A DNA stretch of 63,648 bases, counting the filler, from Callorhinchus milii (lineage: Eukaryota), in the NCBI RefSeq assembly GCF_018977255.1. It is 2 parts of 2 records of this genome, joined end to end, with 100 filler letters (N's around TTAATTAATTAA, not from the genome) between each part and the next. Parts side by side here need not be neighbours in the genome. Positions count along the whole stretch, not along the records: positions 31,931 to 63,648 come from NW_024705610.1; 1 more part is not named here. The stretch is one strand, 5' to 3'. The notes beneath the pieces are model-generated. The model was given only the letters and a program-made list of their open reading frames with translations. It had not been told where the DNA came from and did not search any database. Below, one piece after another: positions 47,001-59,263 of the stretch (within the stretch, counting starts at the first letter, position 1; each line of letters opens with the position of its first letter). Both the position numbers and the translations under genes were made by a program.

Positions 47001-50000
47001 CGTTTAGATGACCACAATTGTTCTTAAGGGTTCCACATATTAGTCCTAATATCTCATGTACATAGGGGGACCTAAAGAAACAGATTAATCAAGCTGAATG
47101 GGTCAAATACGAGGAGGGACCTAAAAAGCCAAGAGATATCATATGCACTAGAACAACTTACAGTTTTGGTGAAGAGAGGGGCACGACCGCCCCGTGTTCA
47201 CGAGAACCTTCCCCGGCTGCTTAGCTACTTATTAAGGTTACCTGATAGAACCGACTGAACAGATCTAAGGTGCAAAGAAGAACGGTGCCAGCATAGCCGA
47301 TCCAGATTTGCTTGTGTCAAGTCAGGTGATTATGTTGTAAGAATAAGACCCAGGGTCGCATACCCCATTTTGAGCAAGAGTTTCGGTGATAATAATTTGT
47401 GTGCAACCTCAGCGAAGTTTCATAATCTCCCATTCAACGCCTTCTGTCCCATATTTATAATAGCCACTATCAGATATGAGGGCGGTTTCTAGACTCTGGT
47501 CTAAGAGATGGGTTCAGCGGAAGTACTAGGTTCCCCGATGGGCTTGAGGTGGATCAACCCACGGCGGGCTTCGCCATAGCGCCACTATCGGGCTGCCGGA
47601 TGTTTTCGATGCGCGGGGTAGGTGCCACGCCTCTGGCGGAGGCTGAGTGTAAATCTCGAGGTCCGCGGCGCTCAGTAGCGGTAAGATGTCAGAGCACATG
47701 CCCCTCGGCCCACCGATATCTTCTCGGTTATTGCTACCTCCTTGATTAGATCCGACTTGCACTGCGTCGCTCGCTTCAAGTGCGCTATCAAGCGTATCAG
47801 AGTACATACAGGCCTTGGCTACACGAAACGCGTGTGTGTTATAATAGACATTATGAGGGGCCCTTCTGAGGAGTCGTTTGGGAGTCCCGTTCGCACACCC
47901 CCTTGGCATGGTATAATCGACGACTTTTCGTATCTTAGGCGGTAACGAGAATGAATTCGCACACTGTGACAAGCGCCTGTGTACAGTCGCCTTTAATTCG
48001 CTAGGATAACTGGACCTTTTCAATTTGAGTTCCCCTGACTTTCTCGTCCCCGGTGTTCTGCGATTCAATAAGATCCTAATGGGGGGCTACAGAACACATG
48101 ATCGACTGAGATAGCGTATATGTGGAAGTAGATCCAGCTAAAATCCGTCGCGGGCTCACCATGTGAACTACTCGGCTTGACTATCTTGAGCGGTTTTCTC
48201 CACTGATGACAGTTACTACAATCGGCGTTTCTGACCGTGTGAATGAGAAGGAAAAAGACTCTAATGCTTAAGCTGCCCAAACAGGGGCGCAATGATGTGG
48301 GTGTTTGTCTTCTCACGCATTAATACGGGCGATTAACTGTGGGGAGCAAATGGTGGGAGTTAGTTGTCTACCAAACCGTGGAGGCCTATGATTACAGGGC
48401 AAAATCCGTGACTTGTCGATGGATAGCCTATTGTATTCCTCCGACTGGCTCAGTCCGGGGCTGCAACCAGTTGCGACGGTGCGACAGCCTTGGGTTCGTG
48501 GCGGGGATTGGTCAGCCCATCGCGGTTCTATAAAATAAGGCGACGGGCACAGGAATCGGTCCCTTGGTAGACAGCCACCGCCACGCTATCCTTGGTTGAC
48601 CCGTATTGACCGGTCCTCGACACAATTACTTTCTTCCGTATGTCGAATTAGCGAGAACAAGGGTGGTCAGGAAGCCAAGCTGTCAAAGTCTAGAGAAGCG
48701 GCACTGACAAGTCAGGACGGGGCGGCAAATTCTTCAGCTCTCGTAGGGACCCCTTCTGGGTGGACACACGTCCGGAAAGCACGACTTCAACTGGAACACC
48801 CGCGGTCGAGACTCGGTTGATTCCCCGCCCCTGGTGAATAATTTCGTATGAATCTACTTGACAAGGATGAGGGGCTCCACATCAGTCTTTACTCTCATGC
48901 GTTGCCTGTGTCGCACAACAATGGGAGAATGGGGGTGCTCTCGATTGGTCGTGCATGGACCGTTCATTCGTTATCGAGGTGGTGAGGTAACAAACACAAT
49001 AAGCGGGTATGGGCGTGGCTTTCAGGTCCAGATCAATTTGATATTGGTGAATACCATTAGCAGCCCAATTTAAGTTTAAGCACTACTAGGCAAACTTATC
49101 GGCCTACATATTGGTCTTGCCTGGCTATCTCCGTTGTGACGTTTGATTGTACATGGTACAGTCACATAGAGTCTGGGGGAGAAGAGGCCGGCTTAGGATC
49201 GAAGCACGTTCTATTAGGATCTATATAGAGAAAACCTAAGAGACCGCCCCTGGGTCAAAACATCCCATTTTAACTTAACCAATGATGAGTAGGGCAGCTT
49301 CGGCATCACGAGAGGTGCAAGGGTAGAGTAGATATACCCTATGAGTTTCGCATCTTGTGCCTCCCGACTGACGCCCGCCCTATGCAGATGACAATGAGCG
49401 CCGGAGCGGGTGAGCAATAGCCAGCGCCTGATAGCCATACCTCAACCTGGGATTACGCGTCGCTCGTGTGTGTGAGACTAGTTTGTTCACGACAGGACGG
49501 ATGTATATTACGGTGCCCCAATAACTATGGTTTTCAGCATGGACATAATTTTAGTGCTCGCGCCGAAGCCCGGATTACAAGGATTGCCATATTTTGTCAG
49601 AGACGTCGGGAAAGAGGGGTATACGCTCCGATGAAGATATTAACTCCTTCGTCTGGACCAGCGCAGCCCATAAGAATCAACGGACTTCGTCGTAACACAG
49701 TCTCTCGATAGGAAATTACTCAAAAGTTAGACATCAGTGTTGAGCTTATCCTGATGTGAATAACATAATTCACTACGTGTTGGAGAGGTGAATGCAAGGA
49801 TGCTTAGTCAAAGTTATATCTTAAAGAGAACCCTCGTTTTGTGACGGTGTAGTTACTGAAGCTAGAACTCTCCTACAAAGGACAAACGGGAATGAACTGG
49901 TGGTCAAGGATCGGCCGAAGGGATATAGAGCAAAATTACGCTCTCCCTACAGTATTGCTTTTTCGGTATGGTAATTCGGGTGTAGTTAGGGGTCGGGCAT

Positions 50001-53000
50001 CAACGGCTTAATATCTAGTCGGCTGACGGGTGAATCCTACCACAGCACAGCGCCAGGACTGGAACAGAGAGCGTCAATGACAAACCTTTCTGGCAAGTAC
50101 GAAGGAGTCATGACGTGAGTACGTGACTGCTGAGAAGCGCTATCCGAGATGGCATCTCACCTAGCGGCATTAACGTCATGCTATCACACGTCATGGAGGT
50201 AGCTCGTCCAAGCTGCACATCGGCATTACAGGGACAGACAGTCGCACCTTCTAAGGCGATTTAGCTATTCCCACAGCAGAGCACTTCCAGCAACAGACGG
50301 GCCGCCTGGAGGGGGCCACTGCCATCGCCACCAATCCCATTTCAAGTGGCAACGCAGGGACTCTCAGAACACAGAGTCGTACATACGTCTAGGCGTAAGC
50401 AAATGTCTGGACCCTCAGGTAATTAGTCACCTCCGTCAACTTAAGAAGAGCTTAACTGAGTATCTAGTCCACTGATACAGAACCCTGAGGCGGGTTAATA
50501 GATAGCACCTCACGAGACGAAGGACTACGGGAGAATTGGGTCGAATCAAGCGATCCCACTACTATTTCTCCGTGGCTAACTGGCATCGCAGTTTCTAGCG
50601 CAGAGTCCGTAACTGTTTTTCTTAAAATCTTCACTCCGTTTGGGTCAATGAACGAGGACCTGCAATAAGAGCTGATATGGACTGTTCGAACTACTTCGGG
50701 ATCCCCATCGTAATGTACGTATCAACTTACGTCTGAAGGGACCGCGCTGAAGTTGCAAAGAGCTATGAGATGGTGCAGGAGAGAACTGCACGGTCTAACT
50801 AGGGGTGAAATCCAGGGCGTCTCGAGCGGGAACGAGATGCATAATTAGCCATGAGGATGCGGCTCCCACTTGACGTTTCTTCGGGCGTCTACGACATTAT
50901 CCAAGGACCTCCGAGCGGTTAGAACAAAGTCGTGGTTCCTACGTTCCCGGACAACACTTCTAGTGCTCAGTTCGATGCCACCACAGTCAATATACATATA
51001 GTGGCGGACATCAATCAATGACGGGGACACCGATGTAAAGACTGCAGATAGTTGGGGAGGGGCCGAATAGTAGCGCCTAAATAATAGTAGTGCTCACTGG
51101 TTTACATTGACTAGGCGAAATCCCACTAGCGTATGGCCTCCGCCTTATCATTGCAGACAGGATGACTAAATCACGCCTAATGGATAAAAGTCTTACACTA
51201 GCAGTGCGGATGATTCCTACGCTGGGGCTTCGTAGCTAAGGCTTGTTGTCCAGCCACCTGGTAGTTATTTAAACCGATCTGCGGGCTGCGAAGCTTTTAG
51301 GTTTAGCGCAAACACGCTAATCCTCTGGCTCTGGGAGGCGGTTACAATGCATCATGAGGAGCTACATCCCACACTCTACGCCAGACCCCCATTGTGTGTA
51401 ACGGCCCGTTCAAGTTCAAGGCAGCGGATGGGCAAACCGCACGCTTAGATGCCACCGGAATCCACGTCGACATACGACTTTACCACCTCTTGCCTTGTCC
51501 ACACCACCGAGCATCTGACGCACAATCGATTTGTTTGCATCACCATTTATTTATATGGCCCGATCCTTAATGATCGAAAATTCTCTGAGTAGGGCAATTA
51601 GAACATTATATCTTTTGTTCGTTATTGAAGCCATCCGACAGTGGATATCAGGGGGGCGGATTCAACAACGATCTTTAGTACCACATGCCAACCTGAAGTT
51701 CTGCCGGAGTGTTGCGCTCGATCAAGTCGCCTCCCCACCTTATATCGTCTTAGCAACGTCTCTGGGTCAGTTCACCCTACCCTAATATACGACAGAGACC
51801 GATTAAGGTCAAGGTGATACGGTCGGAATTTGTGGAACCTACAAACAGGGCCTATATACCGATTTCCCTGGTCTGCATGGCTAAAGCATAATTAGTTTCC
51901 TTCCTTCCCATCGAACGAACCATGGAGTGGCGACAGACGATGCGCGCGATGAATGGTACCGAAGCAGCGGTTCGCTAACCTGTTAGAAGACTCAATACCT
52001 TTAACATCACATCATGGCACTCCTGCTCCCGGCTTAGCCGCACAAAAGTCACCGCCTGCTAAGTATGTTGATGTATGATTCCCCTCCGGGTGATACTATA
52101 TACGGCGTGTTTGTCCGTCGCACGTATTTAGGTAAAGAGATTGCCACCATGACCAACTTTCGTTATCGGGACGTACTCCTGCCAGAGTCTCAGGCAGTAG
52201 GACGGGAGAAGGCCACTATGTATTCTCCCTTTTAATGAGAAGGGACATGCGACGAAGCGAGCTAACGGATCAAATTTGTGTTATTACGAGCCAGGGTTAG
52301 ACTAAGAGGGAAGCAACTCCAACGCAAGAATGGCACGCCGCCTCAATCTGAAGGCATTCATAACGAAAGCGGAGGTCCGATATAATCAACTAACGGCCTT
52401 ATTATTCGAGCAATGACCCCCATAACAAACCACGCGCTCGTTCGGCACGGACGTTACCTCGTAACTAGAGTACCCGCAGATCCTATAGAGTGATCCTCCG
52501 GGGTCAATCGGCCCTGTCGTCCCGCGAAAGTTAATAGTCCGTCCTGTGAATCTGGTTATTGTCGGAACTTAGGGTATGCACTATTTCTGCCCTATACGGC
52601 TCAACTGGAATGTGAGCCGGTTGGTTAGTCAAGTACCCAACGCGTTCAAATGATCGTTTAGAATGGGCGTTAATTCCGAACGCATGGTCGCGCCTTATTA
52701 TATATGTCCCAACAATTATAGTAGCAAGGGGCAATCCCCCCGGAGATTTGCTTAATTAGGTGTAGACTAACCCAGGGAGTACTGCAGGTCCTGACACCGT
52801 TCCAGATGTTAGCGTAGGGGACGCAGTCGGCTACTTTTCCAGTTCTTGTGCTCACGTTGACTAAAGCAGGGCCGTTCTTGTAGTGTTTACCCAGGATTTA
52901 CACTCGTGTGCCAAAGGACGTGAGGCCGTCCTACGTAGCACGTTGTTGATCGGGGTGGAAAGAGCATATATAGATGATAGTCCGTGGTGCGTCGTGTATT

Positions 53001-53845
53001 GTTTTAGCCAGCTGGAGGAGGGTTGCGGTAGCGGAGTAATCAGCGCTGACTCCAAGAGTTGTCTCACTTGGATTTACCACGTCAACTCAGTCGCTCGGGG
53101 GTTCATTAACAGGCAAAACTATTGACCGCTTCCAACCGACTCACCAGCTCACGCCTGAGAGTGGTGGAGTGCTCATGGTTCGTGTAAAAACACCTAGCCA
53201 ATGTAAAACCATACTTTTCGGTGACCCTGGCTGTGTAGGTAGCTATGGCGCTTGGTATGGCAAGCGCTCAAAATTAGAGGGCACAGCGGACTATGCCTAG
53301 CTTGTCAATTAGTCGCGCGGTTCCGGTCACAGTTAACATACTACACACTTCCAGACATAATATTGAGCATAGGATGACGACCTGCGGCCGAAGGTCCATG
53401 CAACTCCTGATAAAGGATAATTTTAGGGTGACGGTAGTTAGGGAGGATGGTAAACAATCCAGCTACAGGCGCTTGAATCGTTCGGAACGTATCGACAAGG
53501 TAATACGTACCAAGAGCTGCCAACCTCGCGCCATAAGCCTGACCCTCTGTTCGGCTCAACTCATTCACGGCCGGGCATTAACACAGCGAGGTATTCTCCA
53601 AACACTTCTCTTACGTTTTCCGTGCTCCCCTTCATCGTAAGCGCTGAGAGTATCTAGGTAGTCGATATTGAGATCAGATTTACCTAGCAATTTTCAGCTA
53701 GACTGTGTAGGCTAGTTAAGATTTCCGGAGCAAAATAGACGGATCGCCGGCCAGGGGATGGACGGCGCTAACCGGAAACTTTCGAGCTGCGGTTCGGCCC
53801 AAGTAGCCGTCCCTCGATAGCTAACTACTATCGAGGCGAATTGAG
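44090..53845. other. Unassigned random-like block
   Basis: By eye: even base usage, abundant CpG and CTAG, no microsatellites or long AT tracts, no copy of any repeat family present elsewhere, and no ORF with a recognisable motif. Confidence 0.7.
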
Positions 53846-54230
53846 AGCTCTCATCGAGCTTACATTTACAAGCAAATTTCTTACATTGACATGCTAATCT
53901 CTCACGATACAATGGCCACCCCCCCATAGCCACATTCACTAACACAGCCACCGTTAGCTGTGTTAGTAAATAGCGGCTTGCCATTCTTTTCCACCTCCAT
54001 GTGGCCACTGCGCTGTCTTATATTGACATGCTAATCTCTCACGATACAATGGCCACCCCCCACAGCCACATTCACTAACACTACCACCGTGAGCTGTGTT
54101 AGTAAATGGCGGCTTGCCATTCTTTTACACCTCCATTTGGCCACTGCGGTGTCCGAACTCTCGCCGAGCTTCAAATTTCTTACATTGACATGCTCATCTC
54201 TCACAATGCAATGGACACCCCACAGCTCCG
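53846..54230 (+). repeat. Three degenerate tandem copies of a ~140-160-bp unit, leading into a plus-strand pLTR-like fragment (to ~54405)
   Basis: attgacatgct.atctctcac.at.caatgg.caccccc at ~53885, 54022 and 54184. 54329-54390 matches 24014-24075. Confidence 0.8.
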
Positions 54231-54555
54231 TAGTACCTCCCCCACATTGGCAAAGCTGCCCCGCCCATCTCTAAACCATTTGTAAACAGCTCTTTGTTTG
54301 GTGTATACCAACTGCAGGTTACGGAGACCTCTCCTACATTAACATTAGCTGCCCAGCCCATCCATAAACCTTTATAAACAGCCTGCCTTGGCAGAATTTC
54401 CCCTCTTTTTAAATCCTTTATATTAAGTTCACTTGCTTGAATTTCGATTTAAAGCTTTCGTGACTGCAGGGATCCATCTTCTTGGTTCTTTCGGTAAAGT
54501 CACGTAGAAGGGAAGCAATAAAATAATAAAAATAAAACATAATAAAATAAAATAA

Positions 54556-54605
54556 TTCTCACGACGTTTCGGCCACAACGCAAGCAGCCGTCTTCAGGTG
54601 AAGAA
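54556..54605 (-). ncRNA. Intact minimal hammerhead ribozyme in Penelope pseudo-LTR
   Basis: Reverse complement reads uucuucac CUGAAGA c ggcugc-uugcguu-guggcc GAAAC GUC gugagaa. Confidence 0.87.
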
Positions 54606-55396
54606 TGAGACACTACCAAGCTAGGAGCTTATATATACGCTGCGTTGGAGGTGCAAGAGCGCCTTAACAAAAAGAATGTGCATATGAAGAGGAATTTAGC
54701 ATATTCATGGGAAATGCGTAGGAGGTGGGTGGGGGGGTTTCATAGTCATATTATGCCCATGCATTATGCAGGATCAACAGCACCAAGGGGGGGGGTGCAG
54801 TAGCATTAACAAAGGAAAAGAATGTTAATAGTATGTAGCTGCAGTTACTAAACAACAACGTAGAAAACTAAAGTATAAACTACATAAAAAACTAAAGTAT
54901 AAACTGCATAGCACCATCAGTATACTTACTATACTCTACAATAAGCTGAGTTACTAACAGCAAGTAATACATTACAATTCTACGTCGTAAAAATTATATA
55001 ATATGCTTCCATCTAAACTTTATTCTCTTACATCACACGAGCATACACCGTACTATATACTGCCATAGATAAACCCAACATTAAATTATATACTGTATTG
55101 CTATAAACCTTATACATTTTAATATAACACTATGTATTATTCTACTCACCCTAATGTGTATCACACTGCTATATGTTTACTATACAATTACGATACTATA
55201 TATTACTTTGTACATTGTATTAAGCATATAAATGTTATACTATTTGTTATTATACGCTGTACCATTGACCGTCGTGTCAATGGGTGAGTCGTGGGGGGGA
55301 ACTTGCAGCGGAGCAAAGAATCCATTCCCTGCGGAGAATACAATGCCAGTGAGTGGAACGCGGTCTGAAAGTCACCGTAAACGTGAACACAATCAG

Positions 55397-56473
55397 TTAA
55401 GATCCGAAATGGTTTATTACGTCCTTCCAATGATTGCTAAGCCAGAATCCATCTTCTCGGTTAAAATTGTCTCTGTGTTTGTATATGTGGATCGCCTCAT
55501 GAACGAATCTCTCATGATAGCCAGATGGCTTGCAGAGAACCTCTGTCTTGGAGAAGTCAATGTCATGTGAGCCCACTGAGTTGTAACAGTGATCTGCCAC
55601 GGCTGAGGTGTTTGTCCTACCGTGTTTCAAGTCTGCTTTATGTTCACGGATGCGGTCCGAGACATGTCGTTTGGTTTCCCCAATGTAACTGCTACCACAG
55701 AGGCAACTTAGTTTGTAGACGCCAGGGTACTGTATGTCTGGAACCACATCTTTTACAGACGGTACCAGATCACGGATTTTATGTACTGTGTTGAATCGGA
55801 CCTGGATCTTGTGTTTAATCAGGATTTTGGAGATCTTTTTTGTGACCCCAGCAATGTAGGGTAAGGTGATGGTCTTGAAAGGCTCCTCAACAGGATCCTT
55901 CTTGATGGTTGGAGTGATGGCTTTGCGGATTGTGTAGTCGGAGTAACCATTAGCCTTAAGAGCTTGGCGTACGTGTTTGAGTTCACTGGCAATGTGTTCC
56001 TGGTCGGAGATGCATTGGGCTCTATGATATAGAGTCTTGATGAGGGAATTCTTCTGGGATGGATGGTGGTGGGAATCCGGTTTTAAGTAAGCATCCGTAT
56101 GGGTGGCTTTCCTGTAGACAGAGTGGCTCATTGAACCATCAGGTCTCCTTTTGATTAGGACATCCAAAAAGGGTAGCTTGCCATCTTTTTCGACTTCCAT
56201 GGTGAATCTGATGGCTGGGTGTATGGAATTGATGTGGTCGAGAAATTGGTCGAGAGTAGGCCTGCCATGTGGCCAGATGACAAAAGTGTCGTCTACGTAC
56301 CTCTTCCATAAGGTCGGGCGTAGAGTGGCAGTCTGGATGGCGTCAGTCTCAAATTTCTCCATGAAGATGTTGGCTACAACCGGAGATAGGGGGGAGCCCA
56401 TTGGGGTGCCCTCAGTTTGCTTGTAGAAATTTCCATTCCAGGTGAAGTATGTATTGGTTAAGCAGTGTCTCAC
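55397..56473 (-). CDS. Penelope-like RT C-terminal half + GIY-YIG endonuclease (358-aa open segment)
   Basis: YVDD catalytic motif, thumb region, and GVYKLSCLCGSSYIGETKRHVSDRIREH GIY-YIG motif. Confidence 0.92.
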   Translation of the reverse strand: MRHCLTNTYFTWNGNFYKQTEGTPMGSPLSPVVANIFMEKFETDAIQTATLRPTLWKRYVDDTFVIWPHGRPTLDQFLDHINSIHPAIRFTMEVEKDGKLPFLDVLIKRRPDGSMSHSVYRKATHTDAYLKPDSHHHPSQKNSLIKTLYHRAQCISDQEHIASELKHVRQALKANGYSDYTIRKAITPTIKKDPVEEPFKTITLPYIAGVTKKISKILIKHKIQVRFNTVHKIRDLVPSVKDVVPDIQYPGVYKLSCLCGSSYIGETKRHVSDRIREHKADLKHGRTNTSAVADHCYNSVGSHDIDFSKTEVLCKPSGYHERFVHEAIHIYKHRDNFNREDGFWLSNHWKDVINHFGS

Positions 56474-57794
56474 CAGGGGGGTACCCCAGCATTCAGTCCT
56501 TGATGAACCAAGTCTTCAATGATTGCGATGGTGTCAGGTACAGGAACCTTGGTGAATAAGGAAACCACATCAAAACTGACAAGCAGGTCGTCTGGGGACA
56601 GGGCAATCCCCTTGATTGTCGATACCAGGTCAGTAGAGTTTAGTACCGCAGAGGTGGTTTTTCCAGTGAAAGGCCGTAGGATTTCAGACAAAAAACGAGC
56701 CAATTTATAGGTGGGGGAGTTGATAGTAGAGACAATGGGACGAAGAGGTGTATCTTCTTTATGTATCTTTGGCAAGCCGTATAATCTTGGTGGCCTGGCT
56801 GCAGAAGGTTTCAACGAGAACTGTTTGGTCTGATCAATTAATGCGGTTGAATCAGAAATGATTTTGTTGATATAATTGCTAGAGTAGATGTAGCTCTCAA
56901 GGGCCTGAGTCACATCGCTGCAGACGTAGCAAGATCTGACATCTCTGCAACCCTCAAAAACGCTAAGATGCCAGCTAGCAACATCAGCAAAGATGAGCGT
57001 TTTGAATTAGCTCATTTAAAAAAGAGGGATGACATTGTCATGCTCTCAGCCGACAAAGGCAATGCCACTGTCATCATGGACAAAATAGAATACAATAACA
57101 AAATTCAAGAACTACTCAACGATGGCAGCTATACAAAAATAAAAATTAACCCGTAAAAACAAAGTTTTCACTATAAATCCTTTATATGCGTGGCATCGGT
57201 TTTATTTTATTATTCATTTCTGATTTTCTTGAGTAAGAGTTTAATTTTTATCACATTGGTATTTTAAATTAAATATGACATTTTTTTTTTCCAAAAAAGT
57301 GGAAAAAAATTTCACGAAAATAAATTGTCACGCACAACGAGTCTGTGTGCAAAATGTCAGCTCGATTGGATCACGGGAAGTGGGTTAAAAAACGACCAAA
57401 AGATTTGCACGGTCGTAAGCACGCAAGCAAGCAAGTGAACTTAATATAAAGGATTGAATTACAGTACGTGTTCAATGGGACACAACCCAGCCCACATTGG
57501 TCTTTGAAACGGGTGGCTAGAGTCCTCTCGTCCTCTGGCTTGAGATGGCTGCCACCTATGGGTCAGATGATTGCCTGCCACCATTAAGCAATTGGTAATT
57601 AAATATAAAAAAAAATTCCTAAAATGTTAAAAATTTTGGAAAAAATTTTCACGAAAATAAATTGTCACGCACAACGAGTCTGTGTGCAAAATGTCAACTC
57701 GATTGGATCATGGGAAGTGGGTTAAAAAACGACCGAAAGATTTGCACGGTCGTAAGCATGCAAGCACGCAAGTGAACTTAATATAAAGGATTTA

Positions 57795-58515
57795 AAAAGT
57801 GAATTCCTCCATTTTGTTTACCATTAGTATGCTACATATTACTCTAAAAGTGAGAGATTTCACGATTATATTTTTATGTCCCAAAAAGAAAATCTGGCGT
57901 TTTTAGCAAAAATAAGCAACATTTTCACAGCTTTATTTTTCACAAAAAGTGCATTCCTCGCTTTAGTTTGCTATATATTATATTAAAAGTGAGAAATTTC
58001 ACGATTAAATTTGCAAGTAAAAAAAAATCTAATCGCAATACTAACCTATGCCGTTTTTGGCCAAAATTGTCCAAATTTTCAAAGCTAAATTTTCCAAGAA
58101 AAAGTGAATTCCTCCATTTTGTTTAGCATAAAATGCTATGTATTCAATTATAAGTGGGAAATTTCATGATTAAATTTTCACGTTCCCAAAAAACCGCATA
58201 CTAACCTATATCATTTTAATGCAAAAATAAGCCAAATTCTCACAGCTTTATTTTGCAACAAAAAGTGAATTCCTCCATTGTATCTAGCCTTAATATACGA
58301 TATATCAGATTACGTGGGACATTTCACGATTCAATTTTCAAGAAAATAAAAGGAAATCTGCTTACTAACCTATGCATTTTTTGGGCGAAATTGTCCCAAT
58401 TTTCAAAGCTACATATAGCATTACTATGCTATATATTACGATAAAAGTTAGATATTTCACGATTACATTTTCACATCCCAAAAAGAAAAACGGAATACCT
58501 TTTTTTGACAAAAAG
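57795..58515 (+). repeat. Degenerate AT-rich tandem repeat (~150-bp period); related units at ~61300-61930
   Basis: Recurring aaaagtgaattcctccatt, atttcacgatta and ctaacctat blocks. Confidence 0.7.
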
Positions 58516-58519
58516 CAAA

Positions 58520-58735
58520 TAGGGTTAGGGATATGGGTTAGAGTTACGATCAGTAGTTAGGGTTGGGGGTTATGGGTTATGGGTTAGATTCAGGTGTTAG
58601 GGGTTATGGGTTATGGTTTGGGTAAGGGTTTGGGGTTAGGGTTAGGGTTTAGGGTTAGTTCGGGTTTGGGTTAGAGGTTAGGGTTACAGTTTAAGGTTAT
58701 GGTAAGGGGATTAGGTGTTAGGGTTTCTGGATAGG
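58520..58735 (+). repeat. Degenerate (TTAGGG)n-like tract
   Basis: Repeated gggtta/gggttt/ggttat units including ggttagggttagggtt. A short similar patch lies at ~61260-61290. Confidence 0.8.
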
Positions 58736-58744
58736 GCCAGGGCT

Positions 58745-59263
58745 CGATTTTTCCAACTCACTACTCTCTCGCACATCTGCCAAAAACATTAACAAGCTGC
58801 AGCGTGTACACAATTATTTGGCAGGTGTCATGACGGGTACTGCAAAATCCGACCATGTCTGTCCAGTGCTCACCGAACTGCATTGGCTTCCTGTTGCCGA
58901 ACTCATACAGTATAAGGTTGCACTCATTACATACAGAGCGCTTGCCACAAATGAACCACAATACCTTGCTGATATCCAAGAGCATAAACCATCACGCAAA
59001 CTCTGGTCATCCTCGCAGCAGATTTTGGTTAGTCATTGAATAAAGACGTTTGCTGCATTGTATGCTTTCAGATGCACTTCTGCAGCCGTCTGGAATGTTT
59101 TTCCTTCCGATATTTGGAAGTCACTGGAGCTCCGCATTTTTTTTACCCAGATTGAAAATAAATTTCTTTAGAACTGCTTTTTGTGCTTCGTTTGTTGTCC
59201 TTCCCCCGCACCTCCGATGAGCATGATTGGCTATGTACGGTGTGAAAGAAGTTCAACATACAC
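58745..59263 (+). mobile_element. L2-type LINE 3' fragment with 3' tail
   Basis: NINKLQRVHNYLAGVMTG..KSDHVCPVLTELHWLPVAELIQYKVALITYRAL..PQYL. Tail ggctatgtacggtgtgaaagaagttcaacatac is also seen at ~43400-43437 (+), ~11678-11712 (-) and ~16980-17022 (-). Confidence 0.85.

Larger units (their letters stand above)
54446..57153 (-). mobile_element. Young Penelope-like retroelement with ~950-nt 3' UTR/pseudo-LTR and an inverted 5' segment
   Basis: ORFs 56470..56913 (LYGLPKIHK, LRPIVS, SFDVVSLFT) and 55397..56473 (GTPMGSPLSP, RYVDD, LPFLDV, VYRKATHT, GVY..YIGETKR), separated by one frameshift. Hammerhead at 54556-54605. + strand piece 56895-57153. Confidence 0.95.
54413..57791. mobile_element. TTAA-flanked non-autonomous DNA element interrupted by the Penelope copy, with right end duplicated
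   Basis: ttaa|atcctttatattaagttcacttgc (54413-54436) is the inverted match of gcaagtgaacttaatataaaggat|ttaa (to 57791). The ~155-bp right end also occurs at ~57300-57455. Confidence 0.6.

Noticed and set aside
47526..48068. 180-aa ORF in the anomalous block
   Set aside because: No recognisable motif, composition typical of random codons, and one ORF of this length is not compelling on its own.
53812..53836. Perfect 9-bp hairpin cctcgatag/ctatcgagg at the edge of the anomalous block
   Set aside because: A single 9-bp stem is plausible by chance in 10 kb. No ribozyme core or U-tract follows.
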